Shown here piece by piece: positions 50,145 to 59,117 of a stretch of DNA of 64,000 nucleotides. Below the pieces are notes generated by a model. The model made no database searches and was not told where the DNA came from. It saw nothing but the letters and a program-made list of their open reading frames with translations. The stretch is from positions 576,001 through 640,000 of the forward strand of contig CAXXFL010000005.1 of NCBI GenBank assembly GCA_963674965.2. The letters are read 5' to 3'. A program made the translations under genes and the position numbers. Every line of letters starts with the position of its first letter. Within the stretch, counting starts at the first letter, position 1. This stretch comes from a bacterium. Lineage in GTDB: Bacteria > RBG-13-61-14 > DATKZS01.

Positions 50145-53100
50145 TCAATACGGCCTTGAGTAATACACGTCCACTCCTCCCTGGCCTTCCTCGTCGTGGG
50201 AGCCCTCGATGGAGAGGTTCTTTCTCAGCTCGTAGCGGATTTTATACTCCTGGGCGGCTTCCTCCCCGAACTGCCGGTAGTAGAAAACGTAGATTTTATC
50301 GTTGATATACTTGCCTATGCCCACGCCCGACTCCTCGGGGGTCTCGCCCGTCTGGATGATAAGCGTGTCCACCTGGAGGGCCTCGGACAGGCCCGAGGTG
50401 GCCCAGCCCGCGATCACCTGGCCGCCGGCCGCGGCCAGGGCCTGGCGCTCTCCCTCCGCCAGATCGCTCACGGGCTTGCCGAAGAGGATGACGGCGAACA
50501 CGTCGGCCTCGTCGAGGGGCGGCTCGGAGTATATCTCGAGGCGGGGGTCGGACAGGGTCCCGAAGACCTTGATGTAGGTCACGTAATCGGGCACGCGGTA
50601 GCTGGCGATGATCTCCATGTCCGGATCGATAACGGGGATGGCCGGGAAGGAAAAGGAACCCTTTTCGATGCGGAAGGGCTTGCCCTGAAAGACCAGCCAG
50701 CCGTCCTTGGTCCGCGCGTCGCCGAAAACGAGGAAAAAGCCGCCCGGCGGCTTCCTGAGGCTCAGCTTGCCTCCGAACCCGACGTTAAGCTCCGAGCTTC
50801 GAAGCTTTCCCGTGTCGGGGATATCGATATCAATCTCCAGGTCCGCCCGTTCGAGCCAGGGCGACTGGCGGTCGGGGGCCTCCTCCTCCCCCTCGATCCG
50901 TATGGTCGGGTCCTCCTCCTCCCAGGAGGTCCCCTGGTAGGTAAGCAAAAGGGGAGGACGGTAGCTAAGCTCGGTGAAGGTTATGGCCCCCCTTAATGTA
51001 GGCGCCGCCGGGTCGCCGGTTATTTTAAGGTCCGCGTCCACCTCGGCCCTCATGTCCGGAGTGTTCATGGCCCTGAAGGCCCGGCTCGTTAAGGTCAGGT
51101 TGACCTCCGACGCGGAGTAGCCTTCAATCTTTATGTCTCCCGAAAGCTCGGCCGCGCCTTGGCCCGATTCCACGCGCAGGCCGGAAACGTGGGCCACGTT
51201 GTCCTCGATGACCGCCTTGCCCGACACGTCGCGCAGGGCCAGGCCCCAATCGGGGACCTTGAACCTGGCGTCCTTAATCTCGGCCAGGCCGGACCAGTCG
51301 GGCTTCTCGAAGGTCCCTCGAATACGGGCGTCGAGCACGACCTCGCCCTCCACGTCCGTGATCCAGGGAAGAAGCTCCGCTATAGCCGCGCCCGACACGT
51401 CGCTCGCCGTGACGTCCAGGGCCACGTCCCTGTCCTTGATGGGCTCGGCCTTAATCGGATTCAGGGCAAGGACAAAGGGGATATCCCCCGCAACCTTGAC
51501 CAGACCGACCTCCTCCGAGGCGCCTTTCAAATCGATCGCGAGCTTTTCGTCCCGAAAGTCCAGGCCTCCTTTCAGCCTTTTCAGGTTGAAGCCTGAATAG
51601 GAAAAATCCGCCACGTCCATCTCGACCGTAACGGACGGGTCCGAGTCCTGACCCTCCCCGACGATCTTGCCCGTGACCCGGCCCGCGAGCTTGACCTCGG
51701 GCGCCAGCTTCTCTAGCCAGGGCCCCGCGTCAAAACGCTCGAAGGTGATTTCGCCTCCCAGCCGCCTCCCGTAGACGTCTCCATTCGCGCCGATACTCGC
51801 CTCCCCGCTCTTAAGCAAGGTTTCGTCGAAATTAAGTCCCCCGCCCCGGCTGCTGACGCGGGTTTTCTCGGCCAGGCTCCAATCCTGACCGATGAGCCTG
51901 GCGCTCAGCGCGTCCAGGTCAAGGTCCCATGATCCGGCTCCCCTTACTCTCAGTGCCCCTTCCGACTTGAGTCCAAAGTCCGGGTTCGATGACCTAGCGT
52001 TGAGGGAATAGGCGATACTTGGAGAAGTGGGCGGAGCCGGCGCCAGCTTGGCGGCCAGTTCGAGGTTGAAGACCGGTATGGAGAAGTCGCCGTACTGAAT
52101 GGTCGGGGCCCGGGTCGAATCGGCCAGCAGCTCGATGGTCCCGCTCAGGCTTTTGCTCGAGACGCCGGCCAGGTTATAGGTGAAGTCCACCGCCCCGGCC
52201 TCGAGGGGATCGACCGAGACGTCCATGGCGGCGCCCGAGCCAACGGCCCTCCACCTGTCCCTTTGGCCGGTAAGGTCCATGTCAAGCTCGATCATCGCGG
52301 CGGATATGGCACCCTTTGTAAAGCGGGCGACCGTTTCCCGTTCGGGCATCTCGGCCTGAACGTCGAACCGGTAGGGGACCTCGCCTCCCAGCGGCTCGAT
52401 CCATCCCGATGCCTCGAGGTTTACGCCGTCAACCATGGCTCGAGTTCCCCTAAGGCTCAGCCTTTTATTGGCAAAGGAGAAAGAAGACGCGGCGTACCTG
52501 ACCTCGTAGCCCATGAACCGGGTGGGATCGAGGTCGACCTTGCCGGTAAGGGCGATGGTCTCGGGCGACCGGCCGGACCCGACAAAGGCCAGCTTGCCCG
52601 AGAGCTTGACGTCGGGGGCCCCGTCCCGTACCGCTGAGGGATTCAGGTCGCGCATTATGGCCGTTACGTCGATGGGATAAGGCTCGTCCAGCTTTCCGTC
52701 CGCGTAGACCGTGGCGTCCGATCCGTGGTCCTCGCCGATCATCCTGAGGCTGTAATCCCGGTCTTTGAGCTCGAGGGAGGCCATGACCGGAAACGATTTA
52801 AGGCCCGGATAGGAGAACTTGTCGAGCCTGACCGTGACCTCGACCCGGCGGGGAGATTTTTCGTGCCCTTTCTCGTCCTTCCTCGCCTTGGCATAGGAAA
52901 TATCGTAGGAGCCGGTCAGGTTGGAAAGAGGGACCTCGCGGTTTAAAAGGCCCGAAAGGGTGAAGTCCTCCATCTTGCCGGAGGCGGTAACGGAGCCGTC
53001 GCCGCGAAGATATGTCCCTTTCGCGTCGGCCTTGCCGGCGCTCGACTCGAGGACCGCCTCGAAATCGATGGACTTGGACGTGACTCCCTTTGCCCTGGCC

Positions 53101-54032
53101 GTTCCCTTTAAAGGGATGGCGATGGGATGGCCGGGCCAGAAAAGGGAGAGCACGTCGGGGGCGACGGCCAGGTAGTCCGAGACCACTTCCATCTCTCCGG
53201 TCCCGGTGTAGTATCTTGATTTTTTTACGCGGGCTATGGAGGTAGCCGTGATCAGCTCGCCCTTTTTTACGGGAAAAGCCCATCCCTCGATGGTGGGAAT
53301 GATCATGCCCTCGGCGGTCAACTGGTTAATGCCGAGGGCCGGGTCCTCGACGTTTCCCATCAGGTCTTTAATCCGGTAATAAACGGCTTCTCTTAAGGTT
53401 TTGACGTCGGCCGCGGCCGAGAATATTTCCGCCTTAATAACTCTGTCGGGGGAGGGTGAAAGATATAGCCTGGAGTCCCGAACCACGAGGTCGCCGGAAA
53501 GAGTGGGAAAGCGCATGGCCCGCGTCCGCTTGGTTTTTTTCTTTCGCTTGAGATTGGTAAGGTTCCACTCCCCGTCTCTTTTCACGGCCTTGACAAAGGC
53601 CCCTTCCACCTCGAGGTGTATTACGGGCTTTAGAAGTCCGCCGCCGAGGGGGTCCCATTTAACTCGCGCCCGGTCAACGGATATGGCGACCTCCCCGGTG
53701 GGCTCGTATATCTCGAGTCCGGTAACGATGAAATCTGACAGGGGGCGGCCGTCAAGGGACTCGATTTTCATTCCCCCTTTGAAATACTTGCCGGCCTGGG
53801 CCACGCCGAACCGGACTATGCGCTCGTTTAGAAGACCGGCGCGAAAGCAGAAAAACAAAATCACCAGGGCGGCGAAAAGGCCCACGACAAAATAAAACCT
53901 TATCCGGCGCCTTCTTTTTTTGGCCCGTGCTTTCTTTTGCTTCTTTTTCTCCTTTTTGGCCAGGCGCTCGAGTTCCTTGGCCTTTTCGCGGCCCGCGGAG
54001 GAAGAGGCGGATATGTTGTTTCCTTCGCTCAA
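50145..54032 (-). CDS. tamB: Translocation and assembly module TamB
   Basis: N-terminal anchor, long beta-rich body, DUF490-like C-terminus (GTLSDPRL..YSEPPL..D..A.ILFG, GKYINDK). Overlaps the tamA stop. Confidence 0.85.
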   Translation of the reverse strand: MSEGNNISASSSAGREKAKELERLAKKEKKKQKKARAKKRRRRIRFYFVVGLFAALVILFFCFRAGLLNERIVRFGVAQAGKYFKGGMKIESLDGRPLSDFIVTGLEIYEPTGEVAISVDRARVKWDPLGGGLLKPVIHLEVEGAFVKAVKRDGEWNLTNLKRKKKTKRTRAMRFPTLSGDLVVRDSRLYLSPSPDRVIKAEIFSAAADVKTLREAVYYRIKDLMGNVEDPALGINQLTAEGMIIPTIEGWAFPVKKGELITATSIARVKKSRYYTGTGEMEVVSDYLAVAPDVLSLFWPGHPIAIPLKGTARAKGVTSKSIDFEAVLESSAGKADAKGTYLRGDGSVTASGKMEDFTLSGLLNREVPLSNLTGSYDISYAKARKDEKGHEKSPRRVEVTVRLDKFSYPGLKSFPVMASLELKDRDYSLRMIGEDHGSDATVYADGKLDEPYPIDVTAIMRDLNPSAVRDGAPDVKLSGKLAFVGSGRSPETIALTGKVDLDPTRFMGYEVRYAASSFSFANKRLSLRGTRAMVDGVNLEASGWIEPLGGEVPYRFDVQAEMPERETVARFTKGAISAAMIELDMDLTGQRDRWRAVGSGAAMDVSVDPLEAGAVDFTYNLAGVSSKSLSGTIELLADSTRAPTIQYGDFSIPVFNLELAAKLAPAPPTSPSIAYSLNARSSNPDFGLKSEGALRVRGAGSWDLDLDALSARLIGQDWSLAEKTRVSSRGGGLNFDETLLKSGEASIGANGDVYGRRLGGEITFERFDAGPWLEKLAPEVKLAGRVTGKIVGEGQDSDPSVTVEMDVADFSYSGFNLKRLKGGLDFRDEKLAIDLKGASEEVGLVKVAGDIPFVLALNPIKAEPIKDRDVALDVTASDVSGAAIAELLPWITDVEGEVVLDARIRGTFEKPDWSGLAEIKDARFKVPDWGLALRDVSGKAVIEDNVAHVSGLRVESGQGAAELSGDIKIEGYSASEVNLTLTSRAFRAMNTPDMRAEVDADLKITGDPAAPTLRGAITFTELSYRPPLLLTYQGTSWEEEDPTIRIEGEEEAPDRQSPWLERADLEIDIDIPDTGKLRSSELNVGFGGKLSLRKPPGGFFLVFGDARTKDGWLVFQGKPFRIEKGSFSFPAIPVIDPDMEIIASYRVPDYVTYIKVFGTLSDPRLEIYSEPPLDEADVFAVILFGKPVSDLAEGERQALAAAGGQVIAGWATSGLSEALQVDTLIIQTGETPEESGVGIGKYINDKIYVFYYRQFGEEAAQEYKIRYELRKNLSIEGSHDEEGQGGVDVYYSRPY

Positions 54033-56065
54033 AACGCGTTCCCGATGTTGAGGGAAAAGACCTGCTTCGCCAGTCCCGGCTCGTCGTTAATAGGGAAACC
54101 GAAGTCGAGCCCGATGGGCCCGATGGGCGTGTCGTAGCGTAGGCCGAAGCCGTAGCTGTAGACCAGGTCGTTTAAGTCGTAGTTTTCCTCCTCGGTCCAT
54201 ACCCAGCCCGAGTCGGAGAAGACCACGCCGCCGAATTCGTTCCAAATGGGGAACCTCAGCTCGAAGCTTCCCTCCCAGGACTTGGAACCGCCGAGCGGGT
54301 CTCCCGTGCCGTCAAGCGGGCCCACCGCGTGCCGGGCAAAGCCGCGCACGCTGCTGGCGCCTCCGGCGTAGAACCTTTTGAAGATGGGTATCGAGTCCGT
54401 GTCCCCCAGCGGCTCGGACCAGCCGACGCTGCCTCGCGCCGCCGCCACCACCTCCCATTCAAAGGGCATCTTTTCCCTGGCCTTGCCCGTGACGAGATTG
54501 TTAAGGGGATAGTATCCGCGGGCCTCGCCGATCAGCTTGATATAATTAAAGTCGCCGCCGACCGGGCCGCCGCCGTACTCGGCGAAAAGGCTCGCCCGGG
54601 CCCCTTCCTTTGGATTGATGGGGTCGTCAAGGTCGGCCCATTCGATCTTGCCCGCAAAGGCGGATAAAAGGCCCTCCTTGGCCAGGTCGTCGGCCGTGAT
54701 ATCAAGCCGGTTTTGAACGTCGCTTATCTTGTTGTCCTCGATTTTGTAGGAGACCTCGGCCCAAAGATAATTGGTCAGAATGAAATGATAAGCGGGAGAA
54801 AGGGAGATCGACTCGTGGGTATAGGACTCCTCCCAATGCACGTTATGCTCGCCCGTGAGGTTTATATAGCTGCCCGGCCGAAGGACGTTGGGCTGGAGGA
54901 AGCTTATCTTTTCCTGCTCCCATAAGACGGAGTACCTGGCGCTGGTGGAAAGCTCCCTGGCCCCGCCCAGAAAATTCACGTGACGCCAGGAACCCATGAC
55001 TCGGACGCCCTCCTCGCTGCCGTAGCCCACTCCCACCTTGTAAAGCCTGGGCTTGCCCTCCTTGACCTTGACCGTCAGATCGATTTGTTTCGTTACCGGG
55101 TCGGCTTCCTCCTCGAGGCGGACGGAGCTGTAAATGGGAAGGCGGCTCACCCTCCTTTGGGCCTCGATGATCTTGTTCATGCGGTACTTCTGCCCGCTTT
55201 GAAGACCGAGCGCCTTCTCGACCACCTTGGGCCTGGTTTTCTCGGTTCCCTCCACCGTGACCTGGCCCAGGAAAAACCTCTCTCCCTTGGTGATCCGGTA
55301 GGTTACCTTGGCCTTGCCCGTTTCCGGGTCCGACTCGACGCGGGGAGTTATTAGCGCGCTTCTTTCCACCCTGGCGTTATAAAAGGCCTCGTTCTGGTAA
55401 TAAGTCCGGATGGCCGCGGCCGCGTCCTGGTACGGCTCGAGCTCGAAGCGGTCGCCTTGCTTGAACTCGACCAGGTCCCGCGTGATTTTCGGGTCCTTGT
55501 CGTGATAGACGCCGTCCTCGAAGATTATCTCGACGCTCGAGACCAGGATGGGATCGTTCTCCTGAATACGGTAGATCAGCCTGGCGGCCTTGCCGTCATT
55601 TTGAAAAACCACCTCGGGCTCGGAGACGACCGCGTCGTAGAAGCCCTTGCTCTGGTAAAACTTCTCGATCCTGCGCCGGTCGTCCTGGGCCCAGAAAACG
55701 TCGTAAGCCTCGCCCTCCTTGGGGTTTCGCCTGTACCAGGGCGTCCTCTTCTGCCGGAGGATGGACTTCACCGTCCGGCGCGGGACCTTGTCGCACCCCT
55801 CCAGCTTTATTCCCTTGATCCGGATCGATGAGGACCTGATGGCCGTCTTTTTTCGCGTCCTCTTTTTCAGCCGGCCAAAGGCCGTGTCTCCGTACTCTGG
55901 GGGCGCCGGCCCTTGATCGCCAAGGGAATCTCCTTCTCCCGGGCCCGCTTGGCCCGTCAGGACGGTCTCTTTGCTATCATCCCCGTCGTCCGCCCAAGAG
56001 GGGACGGTCAGGATGATCATTGAGACCGCCAGAATGGAGATAATTAAGGACAAGACTTTACGCAT
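54029..56065 (-). CDS. tamA: BamA/TamA family outer membrane protein
   Basis: POTRA repeats, RFYAGGASSVRGF, GFGLRYDTPIGPI..D and terminal IGNAF. Confidence 0.85.
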   Translation of the reverse strand: MRKVLSLIISILAVSMIILTVPSWADDGDDSKETVLTGQAGPGEGDSLGDQGPAPPEYGDTAFGRLKKRTRKKTAIRSSSIRIKGIKLEGCDKVPRRTVKSILRQKRTPWYRRNPKEGEAYDVFWAQDDRRRIEKFYQSKGFYDAVVSEPEVVFQNDGKAARLIYRIQENDPILVSSVEIIFEDGVYHDKDPKITRDLVEFKQGDRFELEPYQDAAAAIRTYYQNEAFYNARVERSALITPRVESDPETGKAKVTYRITKGERFFLGQVTVEGTEKTRPKVVEKALGLQSGQKYRMNKIIEAQRRVSRLPIYSSVRLEEEADPVTKQIDLTVKVKEGKPRLYKVGVGYGSEEGVRVMGSWRHVNFLGGARELSTSARYSVLWEQEKISFLQPNVLRPGSYINLTGEHNVHWEESYTHESISLSPAYHFILTNYLWAEVSYKIEDNKISDVQNRLDITADDLAKEGLLSAFAGKIEWADLDDPINPKEGARASLFAEYGGGPVGGDFNYIKLIGEARGYYPLNNLVTGKAREKMPFEWEVVAAARGSVGWSEPLGDTDSIPIFKRFYAGGASSVRGFARHAVGPLDGTGDPLGGSKSWEGSFELRFPIWNEFGGVVFSDSGWVWTEEENYDLNDLVYSYGFGLRYDTPIGPIGLDFGFPINDEPGLAKQVFSLNIGNAF

Positions 56066-56185
56066 GGGTTTATCATACCCAACAAACGCCCCATATCTCA
56101 ACGAACCGCCCTGTAAAATTCCAATCTGGTTTCCATGGACGGGTGGGGAACGAGCGGGACCCGAGAAAAAAAAGGGCGGGAATTG

Positions 56186-56219
56186 AAAAGGGCCGTCCCC
56201 GCCGGTGGGAGAACGGCCC
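56186..56219 (-). terminator. Rho-independent terminator
   Basis: Minus strand GGGCCGT..CCCC-loop-GGGGACGGCCC followed by TTTT. Confidence 0.55.
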
Positions 56220-56241
56220 AGTCTCGAAGAATCCGTAGATT

Positions 56242-56844
56242 TTATTTAGCGGCGTCTATGGCCTTTTTATACCTCGTCTCGAGATCGGGATACACGTCCA
56301 TGGTGATCCGCAACACCCGCTCGTAATCCGCGTCCTTACCGTGGTTCACGTACATGTAGACCGCCAGGTCGTCAACGTTGTCAAAGGAAAGGTCGCTGCT
56401 CTCGCGGATGTATTCCATGCCGCCCGCCGCCTCGACGCAGGCCTTCTTGCCGATGCTCTTGCCCACCTCGTCGCCGATCAGCTTGCCGGCGAAGGGTATC
56501 TGCTTGCCAATCTCTTTTCCGATCTGCTGACCCGCGTATTTGCCGGCCTCCTTGCCCACGGTCGATTTCAGTTCAGCGGACATGGCCTTCTGGGCCCATC
56601 CGGCCAGGGCGTCGTCCGAGGTGTAGGGGCACATGTACTTGCCGCCGTTGCCCTCGATCGGCTCGGGGGCGGTCATGGTCGTCTCCGCGGCCTGTTCCCC
56701 ACCCGCCGCGGGCTGAGCGTTCATGGCCGTGGCGCTGGGGTCCTTTTTGCCCGCGCAGCCGGCCAGAACCATAATACCGAAACCAACGATGAGGGCGGCG
56801 ACGGCCGTCCTGAAAAAGAAACTCGATGTGCTTGATTGTCTCAT
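56242..56844 (-). CDS. Hypothetical lipoprotein
   Basis: LAGC lipobox, AGGAGG RBS, Gly-zipper-like middle segment. Confidence 0.75.
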   Translation of the reverse strand: MRQSSTSSFFFRTAVAALIVGFGIMVLAGCAGKKDPSATAMNAQPAAGGEQAAETTMTAPEPIEGNGGKYMCPYTSDDALAGWAQKAMSAELKSTVGKEAGKYAGQQIGKEIGKQIPFAGKLIGDEVGKSIGKKACVEAAGGMEYIRESSDLSFDNVDDLAVYMYVNHGKDADYERVLRITMDVYPDLETRYKKAIDAAK

Positions 56845-57067
56845 TTTTTCCTCCTATATGATGTTTAGCGCAAACGATTTCCAGACATTTTATAAATCCT
56901 TTTCGGACCGAAAGTCAAGAGGAGAATGACGGCGATGCAAAAGTGCAAAAGGCGGGCTAATCGAAATCTAACATATTTCCTTTTTCGTTTATGTTAAATG
57001 GGTTAAGAGGTTAAAAAGCGAAAGGCCCCGGCCGAATGACCGGGGCCCATAAGCTTTTTCGATATTG

Positions 57068-58645
57068 TCAGCCGTCGATGATGGCGAGAGCTTCTTCTTT
57101 CTGGGTGTCCATAACGTAGGGAATGCCGGTGACCTTGGCGCATTCCTCGGTCAGGGAGGTCAGGTCGCAACGGCCGATCAGGTCGACCCGCCAGTTGCGG
57201 GAGCCGGCCATGAGCTGCTGGAGACCGACGCGGATTTTCTCGGACACGCTGTAAACGCCAATGGCGCCGAGGGGGAACTTGTCCACGTCTTTTCCGAACT
57301 TGGCCTTGATCTCCTCGAAGCAGACGAATATCTCTTCCTTGGTATTGCCGTATCTGGACACGGTCTTGGGCAGGTCGCCGTTCTTCATCCATTCCTCGAT
57401 GTTCTTGCCCACCATGCCGGGGATCATGAGACCGCGGCCCATGCACACGGCCTTGGCGTAGGGCGCTCCCAGGGCCAGGGCCTTGAACACGTGGTCCTCG
57501 GAGGAGAAACCGCCGGCGAAGGCTATGTCGGGTACCCAGCAGCCGTTGTTGGCCAGGCGCCGGCAGAGGTCGTAAGCCATGGAGTGCAGGTAGATCGAGG
57601 GTATGCCCCACTCGCACATCATGCGCCACGGGCTCATGCCGGTTCCGCCGGGGGCGCCGTCGATGGTGAGGAGGTCGATCTTGGCGTTGGAGGACCACTT
57701 GATGGCCATGGCCAGCTCGCGCATTCCATAAGCTCCGGTCTTGAGGGTGACGCGCTTGGCGCCAAGGTCGCGGATGCGCTGGACCTCGGCCATGAAGCCT
57801 TCCTCATCGATGAAGCCCAGGCGGGAATGGCGCTCGAACTGCTTGATGGCGCCGGCCTTGAAAGCCGCCACGTTGGCCTTGTCCGTCGGGTCGGGGGTGA
57901 CGATGTAGCCGCGCTTCTTGAGCTCCTGGGCGCGCTCGACCGAGTCGACCTTGATCTCGCCGCCGATGCACTTGGCGCCCTGGCCCCACTTAAGCTCGAC
58001 GCACTCGACGCCGAGCTCGGAGGTAACGTACTCGGCCACGCCGAAGCCGGTGTCCTCCACGTTCATCTGCACCAGGATGTCGCCGTAGCCCTGGTGGTAA
58101 CGGCGGTAAAGCTCGACGCGGCGCTTCATGTCGGGCGCGCTCTTGACCTTGCCGTTCTTGTCCAGCTCGAGCTTGGGGTCGATGCCGCACACGTTCTCGC
58201 CGCATACCAGGCTGATGCCGCTGATGGCCGCGCCGATGGCGAAGTGCTCCCAGTTCTTGCGGGCTATCTCGGTCGAGCCGAGGGCGCCGGTGAAGATGGG
58301 GACTTTCATCTTGACGGGGTTCTTGAAACCGTAGGTCGTCTCGGTGCAGACGGAGGGGAAGGTGGCGTGGTCCGGGTCGGCCTTGGTCCCCTTCGCGCCC
58401 AGGGCGTAGCCCATGATGTTAAGGTGCGAGTAATCGACGGGATAGTCCTTGTCCGCGCCGGCGGTCACGTCGCCGAAGGGACCCGGATAGAGCAGCTCGC
58501 GGCCGCGGAAGGTCGCGTTAAAAAGGTCGCAGTTGCCGCGGCAGCCGTCAACGCAGCGGCTGCAGATGCCCGACTGGGGCGCGACGTTGCGCGAGCGGTT
58601 GTTGGTCTGAAGGGCCTCGTTGGCGTTGGGTCGATGAAGATTCAT
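57068..58645 (-). CDS. FMN-binding glutamate synthase family protein (stand-alone FMN domain)
   Basis: CSRCVDGCRGNC, ELKWGQGAK.IGGE, DGAPGGTGMSP and FKALALGAP motifs. Confidence 0.9.
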   Translation of the reverse strand: MNLHRPNANEALQTNNRSRNVAPQSGICSRCVDGCRGNCDLFNATFRGRELLYPGPFGDVTAGADKDYPVDYSHLNIMGYALGAKGTKADPDHATFPSVCTETTYGFKNPVKMKVPIFTGALGSTEIARKNWEHFAIGAAISGISLVCGENVCGIDPKLELDKNGKVKSAPDMKRRVELYRRYHQGYGDILVQMNVEDTGFGVAEYVTSELGVECVELKWGQGAKCIGGEIKVDSVERAQELKKRGYIVTPDPTDKANVAAFKAGAIKQFERHSRLGFIDEEGFMAEVQRIRDLGAKRVTLKTGAYGMRELAMAIKWSSNAKIDLLTIDGAPGGTGMSPWRMMCEWGIPSIYLHSMAYDLCRRLANNGCWVPDIAFAGGFSSEDHVFKALALGAPYAKAVCMGRGLMIPGMVGKNIEEWMKNGDLPKTVSRYGNTKEEIFVCFEEIKAKFGKDVDKFPLGAIGVYSVSEKIRVGLQQLMAGSRNWRVDLIGRCDLTSLTEECAKVTGIPYVMDTQKEEALAIIDG

Positions 58646-58740
58646 TAAAATTCCTCCCATTAAATAATTTTTGCGGCCATCCCTTGCCGAAGACCGCGTA
58701 ATAGATGACTTGATGGACTGCTCGGGATGATTACGCTATG

Positions 58741-58826
58741 CGGTAAGCTTTTGCCGATTATTTATAACCATAAAACTGCATACGGCAAACAGTTGCCAAT
58801 AATACCATAATGAGAAGTCTTGTCAA
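58741..58826 (-). promoter_or_regulatory. Promoter with two downstream palindromic operators
   Basis: Minus strand TTGACA-16 bp-TATTAT with TGn. Operators CGGCAA-N4-TTGCCA (58783-58798) and CGGTAA-N4-TTGCCG (58741-58756). Confidence 0.6.
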
Positions 58827-59117
58827 TAGAAAAATAAGATTCATTTCATTCTATTTAACCGACAATCTTGCCTTTTCCTCTTGTTAACCAAATAACGGCA
58901 ATATTGCCGGCAAAAATGTGGCAATGAAATTTCTTGTTCATGCGGTAAATGGGAATAAAATGACAACTCATTGCCGAAAGAAAAGAATTTTCCGGCGCTT
59001 ATAAGGTCGTCACAAATTAATCGCTTTAAATGAAAGCGGAAATGTTGCCGCATAAGGCGGCCGTTCTTTATCTTGATCGGCAATTATCACAATCAATTGG
59101 CCAAGGCCTGGTTATTT

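Noticed and set aside
50145-56065. TamA/TamB as a dedicated exporter for the giant protein
   Set aside because: It lies about 25 kb away, is a generic housekeeping pair, and the giant protein has no autotransporter barrel or TPS domain.
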